This document shows positions 39,455 through 49,989 of a stretch of 64,000 nt of DNA, one piece after another. Position 1 is the first letter of the stretch. Each line of letters starts with the position of its first letter. This stretch comes from an uncultured Gemmatimonadales bacterium (GTDB lineage: Bacteria > Gemmatimonadota > Gemmatimonadetes > Gemmatimonadales > GWC2-71-9): assembly GCA_963695555.1 (NCBI GenBank), contig CAVOGR010000007.1, forward strand, positions 288,001 to 352,000. The letters run 5' to 3'. The position numbers were made by a program, and so were the translations under genes. The notes under the pieces were generated by a model, which worked only from the letters and a program-made list of their open reading frames with translations, made no database searches and was not told where the DNA came from.

Positions 39455-40779
39455 AGGTCGCGGATCTCCACGTAGGTACCCCGGCGCAGCCGGGTCAGGT
39501 AGCGCTGGATGGCGAGTTCCTCGCCCAGCTGGGTGCGCAGCCGGTCACGCACGTCCTCGAAGCTGATCTCACCCTCGGCCCGCCGGGCGGTGACCTGGAC
39601 GATGAGAAACTGGGTGCGGTTCGGATCGCCCAGCGGCGACGCGAGAGGTGTGACCGGTGTGACGTAGCCCGAATCGGCACTCGCCAACAGCGTGTCGTAG
39701 GGCGGAGTGAGCTGAGTCACCGGCACGTCCGGTGTCGCGTCGAACTGGGTCTTGTCGTGGTGCAGCCGCTGGAGCGAGTCGAAGGACGCACCCGCCACGA
39801 TGGCCGCGCGGACTCTGTCCGCCAGGGCGCGGGCCGCGCTCGCGTCCTCGGCTGTGAGGTCGGGCATGAGCAGGATGTGGCGGGCCTGGATCTCGGCCGG
39901 CTGGGCCCGCTCGACCTGAATGATGTGGTAGCCGAACAGGGTCTCTACCGGATCCGAGACCACTCCGGGCCGCAGCCGGAAGGCCACCGCCTCGAACTCG
40001 GGTTGCATTTGGCCGCGGCGGAACCAGTTGAGCGATCCACCCTGGTCGCGCGATCCCGGGTCCATGGAGAAGCGCCGGGCGGCGGTGGCAAAGTCGGCGC
40101 CCTGGCGGAGCTCGAGAATGATCGAGTCGGCCTTGGCGCGCGCGCGTGCCTTGGCCTCGGCGCTGGGCTTGGGCGAGATGGCGATCTGACGCCACGCAAT
40201 CGTGGCCGGCCGCTTCCCCGCCACCTCTTGTCTCGCCTCGAAGTATTCCCTGAGTTCCTGCTCGGTGGGCGGGATCGGCTCGAGCTGGTCTCTGGCCCGG
40301 AGGTTCTCGATCAACCGGTTCTGCAACAGGCTCCGCCGCTGCTCTTCTCCCAACCATCGCCGATATTCGTCCGGGGTCTGAAAGCCGGACTTCCGGAGTT
40401 CCGAGTTGAACTCGAGTTCCGACGCGATGCTTTGGCGAATCCGCCGGAATTCTTGATCGACCGCCGCCGCGATTTCTTCCGGCGTGACATGGATAGAGGT
40501 GTCGCGCAGGGCCTCCTGCACCAGCAACTCACCGTTGATCAGCTCATCGACGATTTGGAGTTTGCTGCGTCGGAGTTCTGTCTCGTCGGTGGGGAGTTGG
40601 ACACCCTGGGACTGGAGACGAAACAACTCCACATCGAGCTGGGTCATCAGGATGGGCTCATTGCCGACCACGGCGATCACCCGGTCGACCACGACCGGTT
40701 GTTGCTGACTCACGGCGGGGGCCGCAACAGCAGCGGTCCCGATCACCATCAGCGCGAGGCACCTCCAGCCTTGGGTCAT
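39451..40779 (-). CDS. surA: SurA-like parvulin peptidyl-prolyl isomerase/chaperone
   Basis: VDRVIAVVG N-terminal domain, F...A..FS.DPGS...GG.L, GYHII, ARHILL; sits upstream of pdxA. Confidence 0.85.
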   Translation of the reverse strand: MTQGWRCLALMVIGTAAVAAPAVSQQQPVVVDRVIAVVGNEPILMTQLDVELFRLQSQGVQLPTDETELRRSKLQIVDELINGELLVQEALRDTSIHVTPEEIAAAVDQEFRRIRQSIASELEFNSELRKSGFQTPDEYRRWLGEEQRRSLLQNRLIENLRARDQLEPIPPTEQELREYFEARQEVAGKRPATIAWRQIAISPKPSAEAKARARAKADSIILELRQGADFATAARRFSMDPGSRDQGGSLNWFRRGQMQPEFEAVAFRLRPGVVSDPVETLFGYHIIQVERAQPAEIQARHILLMPDLTAEDASAARALADRVRAAIVAGASFDSLQRLHHDKTQFDATPDVPVTQLTPPYDTLLASADSGYVTPVTPLASPLGDPNRTQFLIVQVTARRAEGEISFEDVRDRLRTQLGEELAIQRYLTRLRRGTYVEIRDL

Positions 40780-42254
40780 GGCTTGGAAGACGGCTCGGCG
40801 GCTGGCGCTCCCGAGGCCCCCGGCACCGGGGGCGGTCCGGCGGCCGGCTCGAGCGTCGGAGTGGGGGCAGGACCTGGCACCGTCGTCGGCGTCTTACTGC
40901 CGGGCGGCGTGCGCGCCTCGTTCGCCAACTCCACGGCACGGGTCAGGCCATTGGGGTGGATTCGATATCCGGCCTGCTCCCGGAGCACGGTACTCAACGA
41001 TGATGGCAGGCGGCGGAGAATGGCCTGCCCCTGGGTGATGCGCGTGAAGAAGTCGTCCACCTTGAGCACGGCCACCTCGGCGCGCTGGTCCGCTGACAGC
41101 GAGGAATCGGTCACATCGCTGGTGAGTCCCAGCGCCTGGCGCAACGTGTCGACGGATGCGCGATAGTATGCGGTAATCGACTGCCACTCCACCGGGCTCA
41201 GCGTGATGCCGGCGGAATCGGCTTGGCGCAGCAGCAGGATGTTGGTCGACAATCGCTCGGCAAACAGCCGGAGCTGCTCGTCCTCGGCGGCAGCGATCTG
41301 TCCCATGGCCGGAGACAGTTCCGGCGTTTGCACCCAGCGCAGAAAGTCCGCAACCGTCAAGCCGCCACCCTCGAACGCGGTCAGCTGCTTTTTCGAGCCC
41401 TTCATGCCCAACGGATCCTTGATGGCTTGCCGCATGACCGCCGGCGCGCCGGACTTCACCTTGAGTGCATGGACCTTGCCGAGTTCGTCGAGATAGAGGC
41501 TGTCGAGTTGGCCTTGGACCTGTTCCTTTTGCCAAGTGAGCAATCGCTCGCGCACCATCTCCACCGGTGGCCGGTAGATGACGTGATAGCCGAATGGTGT
41601 CTCGACGACATCCGACAGCGCCCCGGGACCGAGTTGCCACCCGGCACTGTCAAATGCCGTGACAAAGCCGCCGCGTGCGGTGGGCGGGAGGTAGCCGTTG
41701 TCCCGGCGACTCCCGGGATCATCCGAGAGCCCGCTCGCGAGTTGACCGAAATCCGCCCCACGGCGCACGCGCCCCAGCGCTTGTACCGCCTTCTGTCGGG
41801 CTGCCGCGCGCTCGTTGCTCGGTGCCCCCTGCGCCACGCGGAACAGCATGTGCTGGAAGATCCGAACACTGTCGGCGGCATAGACGCTGTCCGCCAGTTC
41901 CGGCCCCACCGATGCCCGGCGCGCCACCAGGGTGTCGTACCACTGGGTGGCCTTGAGCTCCGCGATATCGGACCACATGACCCGTGCGATGTCAGCGGAA
42001 TCCGACGGGAGAGTGCCGGCCGCGACGGCCTGGGCAAACAAGGTGTAGTCCACCCAGACGTTGGAGATGAACTCGGCCGCTTGTGGCGTGAGCTGGACGC
42101 CCTTGGTGCGTGCCATGAGTTCGCCCACCTGCTGGACCGTCAATTGCCGGTCGCCGGCTTCGGCGGCCACATCGGCGTGGCTCGAGAACATGTCGCGGAT
42201 TTCTCCGCAACCGGTTGTGGCCACGAGGCCTAGCATCACTAACGCCCTACGCAT
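40776..42254 (-). CDS. Parvulin-type PPIase lipoprotein
   Basis: Lipobox TTGC; HMLF...F..LA..LSDDPGS...G.L...F...VETPFGYHVI. Confidence 0.85.
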   Translation of the reverse strand: MRRALVMLGLVATTGCGEIRDMFSSHADVAAEAGDRQLTVQQVGELMARTKGVQLTPQAAEFISNVWVDYTLFAQAVAAGTLPSDSADIARVMWSDIAELKATQWYDTLVARRASVGPELADSVYAADSVRIFQHMLFRVAQGAPSNERAAARQKAVQALGRVRRGADFGQLASGLSDDPGSRRDNGYLPPTARGGFVTAFDSAGWQLGPGALSDVVETPFGYHVIYRPPVEMVRERLLTWQKEQVQGQLDSLYLDELGKVHALKVKSGAPAVMRQAIKDPLGMKGSKKQLTAFEGGGLTVADFLRWVQTPELSPAMGQIAAAEDEQLRLFAERLSTNILLLRQADSAGITLSPVEWQSITAYYRASVDTLRQALGLTSDVTDSSLSADQRAEVAVLKVDDFFTRITQGQAILRRLPSSLSTVLREQAGYRIHPNGLTRAVELANEARTPPGSKTPTTVPGPAPTPTLEPAAGPPPVPGASGAPAAEPSSKP

Positions 42255-42298
42255 GCGCGCTCCAAGTCCGGGACAGAAGGCTGAAACCAGGCCGGAAT

Positions 42299-45200
42299 CT
42301 AAGCGGATTGTCCGGCCTTCGCCGCCCGGCCCTCGCGCTCGACGGCGCGGAGCGCCCGCACCAGCGTGGGGAGCATGGGCTCACCGCCCAAGCGGTGGAG
42401 CCTAAGCGACAGGGGCACGGTCCGGCGCACATCCGCAGCGAGTTGTACGTGATCGAGCGCCGCGGTCAGGCCGGCCAGCCGGGGTGTCGTGCCAGACCGA
42501 AAGGTGAGCCGCGCCTCGTCCCCCCGTACCAGGACGTGCTGCAGGCCGAGGGTCGCACCGATGACTCTGATCCGAGCGATGTCGAGGAGCGCCCGCACGG
42601 CGGCCGGCAGCGGACCAAACCGCTCCCGGAGTTCTTGCTGCACGTCATCGACCGACTCGGCATCGCGGGCCCGCGCGAGGCGGCGGTACACATCGAGTTT
42701 CGAGTCGTCGTCCGGCACGTACGCGTCGGGCAGATGCGCCGGCGTATCGACCACGGTTTCCGGTGCCACCCCCTGTGCTTCCACCCCCTGCCCCTTCAAC
42801 GCCCGCACCGTTTCCTCGAGCCATCGCATGTAGAGATCGAAGCCAACCGCATGCGCGTGCCCCGACTGTTCGCCGCCGAGCAGGTTGCCGGCGCCGCGCA
42901 GCTCGAGGTCCTTGAGTGCAATACGGTATCCCGATCCGAGGTCCGTGTGGTGCTCCAGGAACTTCAGGCGCTCCTCGGCGTCGGGATCGACGCTGTCGGG
43001 CACGAGCAAATAACAGAAGGCCCGCCGGTGGCTCCGGCCAACCCGTCCTCGCAGCTGGTACAACTGGGCCAGGCCGAAGCGGTGGGCATCGTGTACGATC
43101 ATGGTGTTCGCATTGGGCACGTCCAAGCCCGATTCGACGATCATGGTGGAGACCAGCACGTCGACCTCGCCCGCCACGAATCGGCGCATGACGCCGTCGA
43201 GGGCCTCGGGCCGCAGCTGCCCGTGGGCGACCGCAACCTCCGCGCGAGGGGCCAGAGACTGGATTCGTGCGGCGATGGTGTGAATGGTCTCGATCCGGTT
43301 GTGCACCACGAAGACCTGCCCGCCTCGATCCAACTCTCGCGCCATGGCCTCTTCGAGCAGCCCGTTGTCCCACGGCTCGACGAAGGTCAGGATCGGGGAC
43401 CGGTCGCGTGGCGCGGTTTCGATCATGCTGATGTCCCGCAGCCCGGCCAGGGAAAGATGCAGGGTGCGCGGGATGGGCGTCGCGGTGAGCGTCAAGACAT
43501 CCACGCTGATGCGCATGGCCTTGAGCTGTTCTTTGTGTCGCACGCCGAAGCGGTGCTCCTCGTCGACGATGAGGAGACCCAGATCCTTGAATCGGACGTC
43601 CTTGGAGAGCAGCCGGTGCGTGCCGATCACCACGTCCACCTGACCCGAGTGGAGCCGCGTGAGCACCTCCCGCTGTTCCTTCGGGGTCCGGAACCGGGAT
43701 AACACCTCGACCTGCACTGGGAAATCGGCCAACCGCTCGGTAAAGGTACGGCCGTGCTGTTCGGCGAGAATGGTCGTCGGCACCAACATCGCCGCCTGTT
43801 TGCCGGCCTGCAGAGCCTTGAAGGCGGCCCGCACCCCGACCTCGGTCTTCCCGTACCCGACATCGCCCACCAGGAGCCGGTCCATCGGCATCGGACGCTC
43901 CATGTCGGCTTTGACTTCCTCGGTGGCCTGACGCTGGTCGGGCGTGTCCTCGTAGAGAAAGCTCGATTCGAGCTCACGCTGCCATCGAGTGTCGGGCGGG
44001 AACCCGAAGCCCGTGGTGACGGTGCGCCGAGCGTAGAGATCCAGCAGCTCGGCTGCCATCTGCCGGATCGCTTGGTGAGTGCGCTCGCGGGTCCGTTTCC
44101 ACGTCGTCCCACCCAACTTGTGGATCCGCGGGGCCGCGCCGTCATCTCCGTCTCCGACCCGAAACGGCTCGAGCTGATCGAGCTGGTACAGCGGAACGTT
44201 GAGCCGGTCCCCACCCTGGTACTCCACGATCGCCACATCCAGCGGCGCACCCTCGAACTGGATGGAGTTGATGCCGCGGTACACGCCGACACCATGCTCG
44301 AGATGGACGACGTAGTCGCCCGCCTTGAGCGCCCCCGTGAGCGCCGACGGCGCTGCCTCGCGGTACCGTCGCGCCCGGCGCAGCCGCCGAGCCCGCCGGA
44401 AGACCTCGTGGTCGGTCAGCACCCGGAGCGTCGGCATGACGAATCCGCCGTCGAGCGCCCCGATGGCGAGAGTGGTGGACGGAGGCAACTGCCCGCGGAC
44501 CTCGAGCAGGTCTTCCAAGCGCTCGAGTTGCCCTTCGTTGTCGCACAGGATGACGGTGGGGGGGTCGCCACCGAGGAGGGCCCGGAGACGATTCATGCTG
44601 CGGTCGACCCGCTCCGGGGGAAAGAACCCCATCACCATATCGCTTGGGGCATCCGGCGGCGACAGCACGAGCCGTGGATACGACTCCAGCCGCGCGCGCC
44701 ACTCCGCCGGCTCCACGTAGAGCGACGAGCGTGAGGGAACGAGCTCGCCGAGGCGCCGGGCAACCTCGAGATGATGTTCGGCGTCCTGCCACGCACGCGC
44801 GACTTCAGCCTCGTGGCGTTCCCCACCGTCCACCACCACCAGCGAATCCCCCGGCAAGAGCTCGAACAGACTCTGGCGCGTCGTTTGGGTCTGGCCGGAC
44901 CGCGCTTCGCTGCTCTCCACTCGCGCCACGATGGGAAGCACTGTGATGTCTTCGAGATCACCCAAGGACCGTTGGGTCGTCAGATCGAAGCCCCGGAGCG
45001 ACACCAGATCATCACCCCACCACTCGCAGCGCGCGGGCGTCGCCATGCCGAAGCCGTAGATGTCGACAATGCCGCCCCGAATGCTGTATTGGGTTACCTC
45101 AGTGACTACCGGGACCCGGTGGTACCCCATCCGCTCGAGTTGCTCGCCCACCCGGCTCAGCGAGGTAGCCGAATTCCCCGGGCCTGGACGAAGTCGGAGC

Positions 45201-45616
45201 GTGCTCTGCGACAACACCGCTGGAATTGGCGAACGCTCGGCCGTGGCGCGAACAGGGGTGACCAGGATCCGGAGCTTTCCGCTCAGGAGCGCCTCGAGTG
45301 TCTCCACTCGCTCGCCTGCGATGTCGTAGTGCGGCTCGTCTTCTCCCAGTCCTTCGCGTTGGGGATAGAGCGCGATCGGCAGATCCGTGAGCGATTGGAG
45401 GTCGCTGAGCCATCGGTCGGCTGCGGCCGGCGAGGTGGTGAGCACCGTGATGAACCGCTCAGGGAGCCGGGTGGCGAGCCAGGCTACCAGAACCGCATCA
45501 CTCGAACCCGGGAGACCTCCGACCCGCACCGCGGTCCCGCGAGAGGGCAGCTGCTCGAGCAGGGCCGTCGTGCCACGGGTTTGGTCGAATGCGTCGAGAA
45601 TGAGCCGCACGGTCAT
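42299..45616 (-). CDS. mfd: Transcription-repair coupling factor
   Basis: GDYVVH.EHGVG, MDRLLVGDVGYGKTEV, DEEHRFG, TATPIPRTL, QLRGRVGR, DLELRGAGN. Confidence 0.97.
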   Translation of the reverse strand: MTVRLILDAFDQTRGTTALLEQLPSRGTAVRVGGLPGSSDAVLVAWLATRLPERFITVLTTSPAAADRWLSDLQSLTDLPIALYPQREGLGEDEPHYDIAGERVETLEALLSGKLRILVTPVRATAERSPIPAVLSQSTLRLRPGPGNSATSLSRVGEQLERMGYHRVPVVTEVTQYSIRGGIVDIYGFGMATPARCEWWGDDLVSLRGFDLTTQRSLGDLEDITVLPIVARVESSEARSGQTQTTRQSLFELLPGDSLVVVDGGERHEAEVARAWQDAEHHLEVARRLGELVPSRSSLYVEPAEWRARLESYPRLVLSPPDAPSDMVMGFFPPERVDRSMNRLRALLGGDPPTVILCDNEGQLERLEDLLEVRGQLPPSTTLAIGALDGGFVMPTLRVLTDHEVFRRARRLRRARRYREAAPSALTGALKAGDYVVHLEHGVGVYRGINSIQFEGAPLDVAIVEYQGGDRLNVPLYQLDQLEPFRVGDGDDGAAPRIHKLGGTTWKRTRERTHQAIRQMAAELLDLYARRTVTTGFGFPPDTRWQRELESSFLYEDTPDQRQATEEVKADMERPMPMDRLLVGDVGYGKTEVGVRAAFKALQAGKQAAMLVPTTILAEQHGRTFTERLADFPVQVEVLSRFRTPKEQREVLTRLHSGQVDVVIGTHRLLSKDVRFKDLGLLIVDEEHRFGVRHKEQLKAMRISVDVLTLTATPIPRTLHLSLAGLRDISMIETAPRDRSPILTFVEPWDNGLLEEAMARELDRGGQVFVVHNRIETIHTIAARIQSLAPRAEVAVAHGQLRPEALDGVMRRFVAGEVDVLVSTMIVESGLDVPNANTMIVHDAHRFGLAQLYQLRGRVGRSHRRAFCYLLVPDSVDPDAEERLKFLEHHTDLGSGYRIALKDLELRGAGNLLGGEQSGHAHAVGFDLYMRWLEETVRALKGQGVEAQGVAPETVVDTPAHLPDAYVPDDDSKLDVYRRLARARDAESVDDVQQELRERFGPLPAAVRALLDIARIRVIGATLGLQHVLVRGDEARLTFRSGTTPRLAGLTAALDHVQLAADVRRTVPLSLRLHRLGGEPMLPTLVRALRAVEREGRAAKAGQSA

Positions 45617-47397
45617 CCCACGCGTCTCCCGGCACTTGCCACCGCCACCTCCGCGAGGCCGAGGAGGAGGGCCAGCCACAGGAGCGCACCCCGAAGGTCG
45701 CTCCGGGCCCCGGCAGTAAACGCGACCTCCTCTACTTCATCGAGCGTGACCAGGCGGGCGGAGCGCCAGAGGCTCCTCACCTGCTGATCGGATGCGCGCG
45801 TCAGCTTCGATTCACGGGGGTCGACGTTGACAGCCAGCGCCCCCACGGTATCTCCCTCGGCCAGCAGATAATAGGCACCGACGGCGGGCGCCCTGAAGGC
45901 GGCTCCTCCTTCGACCCGCCAGGAACGGTCGCCGAGTCTGATCTCGGTCACCCGGTCAGGCAGCTGCACCGCATCACCCGGGGCGGCGGAGAGGAACGCC
46001 AAGCCGCCCTGCGCGACCTGATTCACGAGAAGATCGAGGAATGGCACGAACTCGGCCGTGACTGGCAGGTCGGTCCACTCGGGGTCGAACCGACTCGCCA
46101 CCAACACGACGTCACGGCTCTGAATCATCCACGGCTCGCCATTCACGGTGAGCAAGACGCCGGTACGGCCGCTCGCCGTTGGTTCGAGGCGGAGCCGGCG
46201 GCGCACCACAACGGACCCGAGCATTCCTGCACTGTCCGTCGCCTGCTCGATTGTGATCGCTTCTCCAAAACGCCAATCGATGCCACGCCGGCCCAAGGCG
46301 CGGTTCAACGCGCCGAGTTGTGCTGGATCGGCCGGTGGAAGAACGATCGACGTTCCGTTCCCGAGCATCCCGAGAGTGATCCGGTCACCCCGCGTGACGC
46401 GTCCGGCGGACGCAAGCACTTCGCATGCCGCCGACACGTGGCGGTCGAGCGGATTCCAGGACAGTCGCGCCGGAGGCGCCACCCGAACGGTGGAGACATG
46501 CGTGTCATCGACGCGCAGTTCATCCGGGTCGAGCGTTGCGGTGAGCGGCCACCACCCAGCGGGCAGGCCGGCGACCCGGATCTCGGCGGGAGCACCGACG
46601 GTCACCAGGGCTTGCCGCGGGGGACGGTCACCAGGTCGGATGGCAGCCGATACGGTTCGGCCTGAGTCACCCGCCAGGGCGAGCGTAACCCGTCCTCCAT
46701 CAGGAAGCCATGGCTGCACACCGGGGTCGAGGCCGGCGATGCCGGCGTTCCCGGGCAGGGCTTCGAGCGGGCGGGCAACCACCAGCTGAGCCTCCAGCGC
46801 GGCCTCCGAGATTGCGCTGGCCTGCAGGTCGCTCAGCACGATGATTTCGCCGGGCCGTTGATCAGCCGCGAGGATATCGTCCCCTGCAGCGACGGCAGCC
46901 CCCAAATCCAACCGCTGATCGGAGGGCCGGGTATCAGCCACGATGGCCTCGAGCGCCTCACGGCCCCCTCGTCGAGCAACGCCGTCCGCAAGCAAGAGCC
47001 AGAGAGCGTCATCCGGGGTCGCCTTGGCGAGCACGGCCAGCGCGGCGTCACCGAGGCCGTCAATGACCGGGATGCCGTCCACCACCGCACCACTGCTGGC
47101 GGAATTGTCGAGAACCAGGACCAGAGCGCCCGGAGCGTGCCCGGGTGCGCCGGCCACCGGGACGGATGGCGCCGCGGCGGCCAGGACCAGGGCCATGATG
47201 AGCGCAGTGCGCAGGGACAGGAGCAGCAGGTTTCGGAGTTTGAGCCGCCGGTGATGCTGCCGGGTCGTATCGACCAGGTATTGGATCGCGGGGAAGACGA
47301 CCGTGGGCGGACGGCGCCGCGCGATCAAATGGAGTACGATCGGAACGGCGGCCGCCATTAGGCCCAGGAGCGCCCACGGATACAGAAAGCTGATCAC
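45613..47397 (-). CDS. BatA N-terminal domain + vWA-like protein
   Basis: FLYPWALLGL...PIVLHL..RR....FPA..L...LLL.LR BatA motif; LVLDNSASS MIDAS-like; GTGA overlap with DUF58. Confidence 0.85.
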   Translation of the reverse strand: MISFLYPWALLGLMAAAVPIVLHLIARRRPPTVVFPAIQYLVDTTRQHHRRLKLRNLLLLSLRTALIMALVLAAAAPSVPVAGAPGHAPGALVLVLDNSASSGAVVDGIPVIDGLGDAALAVLAKATPDDALWLLLADGVARRGGREALEAIVADTRPSDQRLDLGAAVAAGDDILAADQRPGEIIVLSDLQASAISEAALEAQLVVARPLEALPGNAGIAGLDPGVQPWLPDGGRVTLALAGDSGRTVSAAIRPGDRPPRQALVTVGAPAEIRVAGLPAGWWPLTATLDPDELRVDDTHVSTVRVAPPARLSWNPLDRHVSAACEVLASAGRVTRGDRITLGMLGNGTSIVLPPADPAQLGALNRALGRRGIDWRFGEAITIEQATDSAGMLGSVVVRRRLRLEPTASGRTGVLLTVNGEPWMIQSRDVVLVASRFDPEWTDLPVTAEFVPFLDLLVNQVAQGGLAFLSAAPGDAVQLPDRVTEIRLGDRSWRVEGGAAFRAPAVGAYYLLAEGDTVGALAVNVDPRESKLTRASDQQVRSLWRSARLVTLDEVEEVAFTAGARSDLRGALLWLALLLGLAEVAVASAGRRVG

Positions 47398-48290
47398 GCG
47401 AGACCGGCTGGCTCTGCCAGCACCTCCCGAAGCGCAAGACCGAATGGCGTGTCGGTCGTAACGCAGTGGTAGCCGATGCCGATGCTGCGACAGGCGAGTC
47501 GCCAATCCGCAACCGCTTGACGCACCGTCAACTCGTAGACCCGCGCCCAGTCCTTGGGACGCAACGTCACCGAGGCCTCGGTCTCGGGATCTTCGAAACG
47601 CGCTTCGGCCGGGCCACTGAGCGACCGCTCACCCGGGTCCATGATGTGCAGCACCAGCACTTGATGCCCGCGGTGGCGCAGGAAGCGGAGCGCTCGCACG
47701 GCAAGATCCCGATCGAACAAGAGATCCGAAACGAAGACCACCAGTCCGCGCCGCCGGAGCGCCGCCAGTACTCGAGTGAGCGCCTGCTCGGCTGCGGTGC
47801 CTTGCCCGGACTCGAGTCGAGCCAGCGTGGTCAGCAGAAGACGCCAGTGCTTCATGCGCGCCCGTGGCGGGGTGATCGAACGAATCTCGTCGTCGAAGGT
47901 GATGAGCCCGGTCGCATCGTGCTGGCGGATCAGGATGAGGGCCAGCGCGGCCACCAGACGCCGTGCGTAGTCGAGCTTGGTGAGGAGTTCCTCCGGCGAG
48001 CCGGTCCAAGCCATCGAGCGGCTGGTGTCGAACACGATCATGGCGCGGAGGTTGGTCTCCTCCTCGAATTGCTTCACGTAGAGGCGATCCTTGCGTCCCA
48101 GGATCTTCCAGTCGACGTAGCGAAGCTCGTCACCCGGCTGGTACGCGCGATGCTCGGCAAACTCGACGGAAAACCCTCGGCGGGGTGAGCGGTGAAGCCC
48201 GGTCAGGAACCCCTCGACGATCCCGCCGGTCACCAGTTCGAGCCCTCCCAGCCGGGCCGCCTCCACGGGGTCCAACAGATCGATCCGCAT
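47394..48290 (-). CDS. DUF58 domain protein (MoxR-associated vWA)
   Basis: GLHRS..RG.SVEFAEHR.YQPGDE.R.VDWK...YVKQFEEETN, DTSRSM. Confidence 0.92.
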   Translation of the reverse strand: MRIDLLDPVEAARLGGLELVTGGIVEGFLTGLHRSPRRGFSVEFAEHRAYQPGDELRYVDWKILGRKDRLYVKQFEEETNLRAMIVFDTSRSMAWTGSPEELLTKLDYARRLVAALALILIRQHDATGLITFDDEIRSITPPRARMKHWRLLLTTLARLESGQGTAAEQALTRVLAALRRRGLVVFVSDLLFDRDLAVRALRFLRHRGHQVLVLHIMDPGERSLSGPAEARFEDPETEASVTLRPKDWARVYELTVRQAVADWRLACRSIGIGYHCVTTDTPFGLALREVLAEPAGLA

Positions 48291-48432
48291 TACCGTGGGG
48301 CCGGCGTCGTGGCCCACCGCGGTGGCCCTCCCGCGGTCGGGTGTCCCCGCGGCCGGACATCTCGGCCTAGCCGGATCCCCGGTCCGCCACGGTATCTCGT
48401 TTTCTTGTAAGAGGTTACCGTCAAGGAATGGG

Positions 48433-48449
48433 GTGGCATGCCCCCTGCT
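48433..48449 (+). promoter_or_regulatory. Possible sigma-54 -24/-12 promoter
   Basis: GTGGCATG-CCCC-CTGCT (GG-N10-GC) about 40 nt upstream of the DUF4384 gene start. Confidence 0.4.
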
Positions 48450-48491
48450 GTCTTGGCATGCGGACGTTGGGACACGACGACCGGAGTTACC

Positions 48492-49874
48492 ATGATTATT
48501 TCACTCACCCTCGCGATCGCGACCAGTTTGGGAACCCCACCGGCGGGCGACGCATGGGTTCCGCCATTCGGGCTACAGCCCCGCGTCACGGTCTGGACCA
48601 ACCGGGACGAAGATCCGTATTACCGGGGCGAACGGGTCCAGGTCTATTTCAGTACGGACCGCGATGCCTATGTGACGATCTTCCGGGTCGACACCGATGG
48701 ACGCCTACGGGTGTTGTTCCCGGTGGAGCCTTGGGAAGATAACTTCGCGCGGGGCGACAGGACGTTCGAGGTACTCGGACGCGCCGGCACGCCGGCCTTC
48801 CGTATCGACGATCCCCCCGGCGTCGGGTACATCTTCGCGGTCAGCTCACTCGACCCCTTCGATTACCATGAGATCTCCCTCAGGGACCGCTGGGATTATC
48901 GAGCCGTCTCCGACGGTCAGGTGGCCGGCGACCCGTACGTGGCTCTGACGGACCTGGCCGACCGTATCGCGTATCGGAGCGACTACGACTACGACATTAT
49001 ACCGTACTACGTCGAGCGGCATTACGACTATCCGCGGTTCGTGTGCTACGACTGCCATATACACCCCATGTACTCTCGGTGGGATCCGTACGGGACCTCC
49101 TGCACCAACTTCCGATTGGTGATCTACGACGATCCTTATTACTACCCCTACCGCCGGTATGACGGGCGACGGGTCGTGATCGTGCGGCCCAAGCGGCCGG
49201 GCGCACGGTACGTCTTCAAGGACGCGGACGGCAAGAGCGATTACGTCACCCGGGCGCGGCGTCCCGCCACGACCGATCGGGATCGGCGGGCGGCGGAAGG
49301 TGACAGGTCGGGTAAGGATGTCGGCGGCCGTGGTTCGGTGCCCGCACCGGTCGAGCCGCGCACCCGGAGGCCGACTCCCACCCAGCCGGCTCCGACTACG
49401 GGAGCTCCGGATCGTCGGCGCACCACCGAGCCGGACCGGGCGCGGCCGATGGTGCCGAGCACCCGCCCGGCCCCGGAGGCGGAAAGCGGCCGGCGTGGAG
49501 TGGTCGTCCCGCGGCCGGACGCCGTGAAACCAGATCGCCCGGACGACGATCAGCGGCGCCAGGTGAAGGATCAGCCGACGCGCAGAGCGCTGCCGCCCAA
49601 CGCGGCTCCCGCTCCCGCTCAGTCGAACAAGGAGGTGCAGCGCCGGCCCACTGATTCGGGCAACCGGGCCCGGACTCCGGATCGGTCCACCACCCGCCGC
49701 GCCAATCCGTCGACCCCCACCGCGCAGAAGGAGCCGCGCCGGGCCCCGGCGGTGTCTCGTCCCGCACCCACCCGGGCCAAGACACCCCGGGCGGAGCCCA
49801 AGCGGGCCGCCCCACCGAAGACCACCCCCCGAAAGAGCACTGGTACTCCTGAACTCAAGCGGCGCAAACCCTGA
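48492..49874 (+). CDS. DUF4384 domain secreted protein with CxxCH motif and Pro/Arg-rich tail
   Basis: Signal peptide; Y.RGE.V.VYF.TD.DAYVTIFRVDTDGR..VLFP; CYDCH; long low-complexity basic C-terminus. Confidence 0.75.
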   Translation: MIISLTLAIATSLGTPPAGDAWVPPFGLQPRVTVWTNRDEDPYYRGERVQVYFSTDRDAYVTIFRVDTDGRLRVLFPVEPWEDNFARGDRTFEVLGRAGTPAFRIDDPPGVGYIFAVSSLDPFDYHEISLRDRWDYRAVSDGQVAGDPYVALTDLADRIAYRSDYDYDIIPYYVERHYDYPRFVCYDCHIHPMYSRWDPYGTSCTNFRLVIYDDPYYYPYRRYDGRRVVIVRPKRPGARYVFKDADGKSDYVTRARRPATTDRDRRAAEGDRSGKDVGGRGSVPAPVEPRTRRPTPTQPAPTTGAPDRRRTTEPDRARPMVPSTRPAPEAESGRRGVVVPRPDAVKPDRPDDDQRRQVKDQPTRRALPPNAAPAPAQSNKEVQRRPTDSGNRARTPDRSTTRRANPSTPTAQKEPRRAPAVSRPAPTRAKTPRAEPKRAAPPKTTPRKSTGTPELKRRKP

Positions 49875-49989
49875 AGGACGCTCCTTCACGCGGCCACCGG
49901 CGTCCGTTCGACACTTTTTCGAGCGGGCGCCGTTATGATAAGTGCCGTTCGTTCAACCTGACGCGAACCTCCCTCAGTGAGATCTCCGA

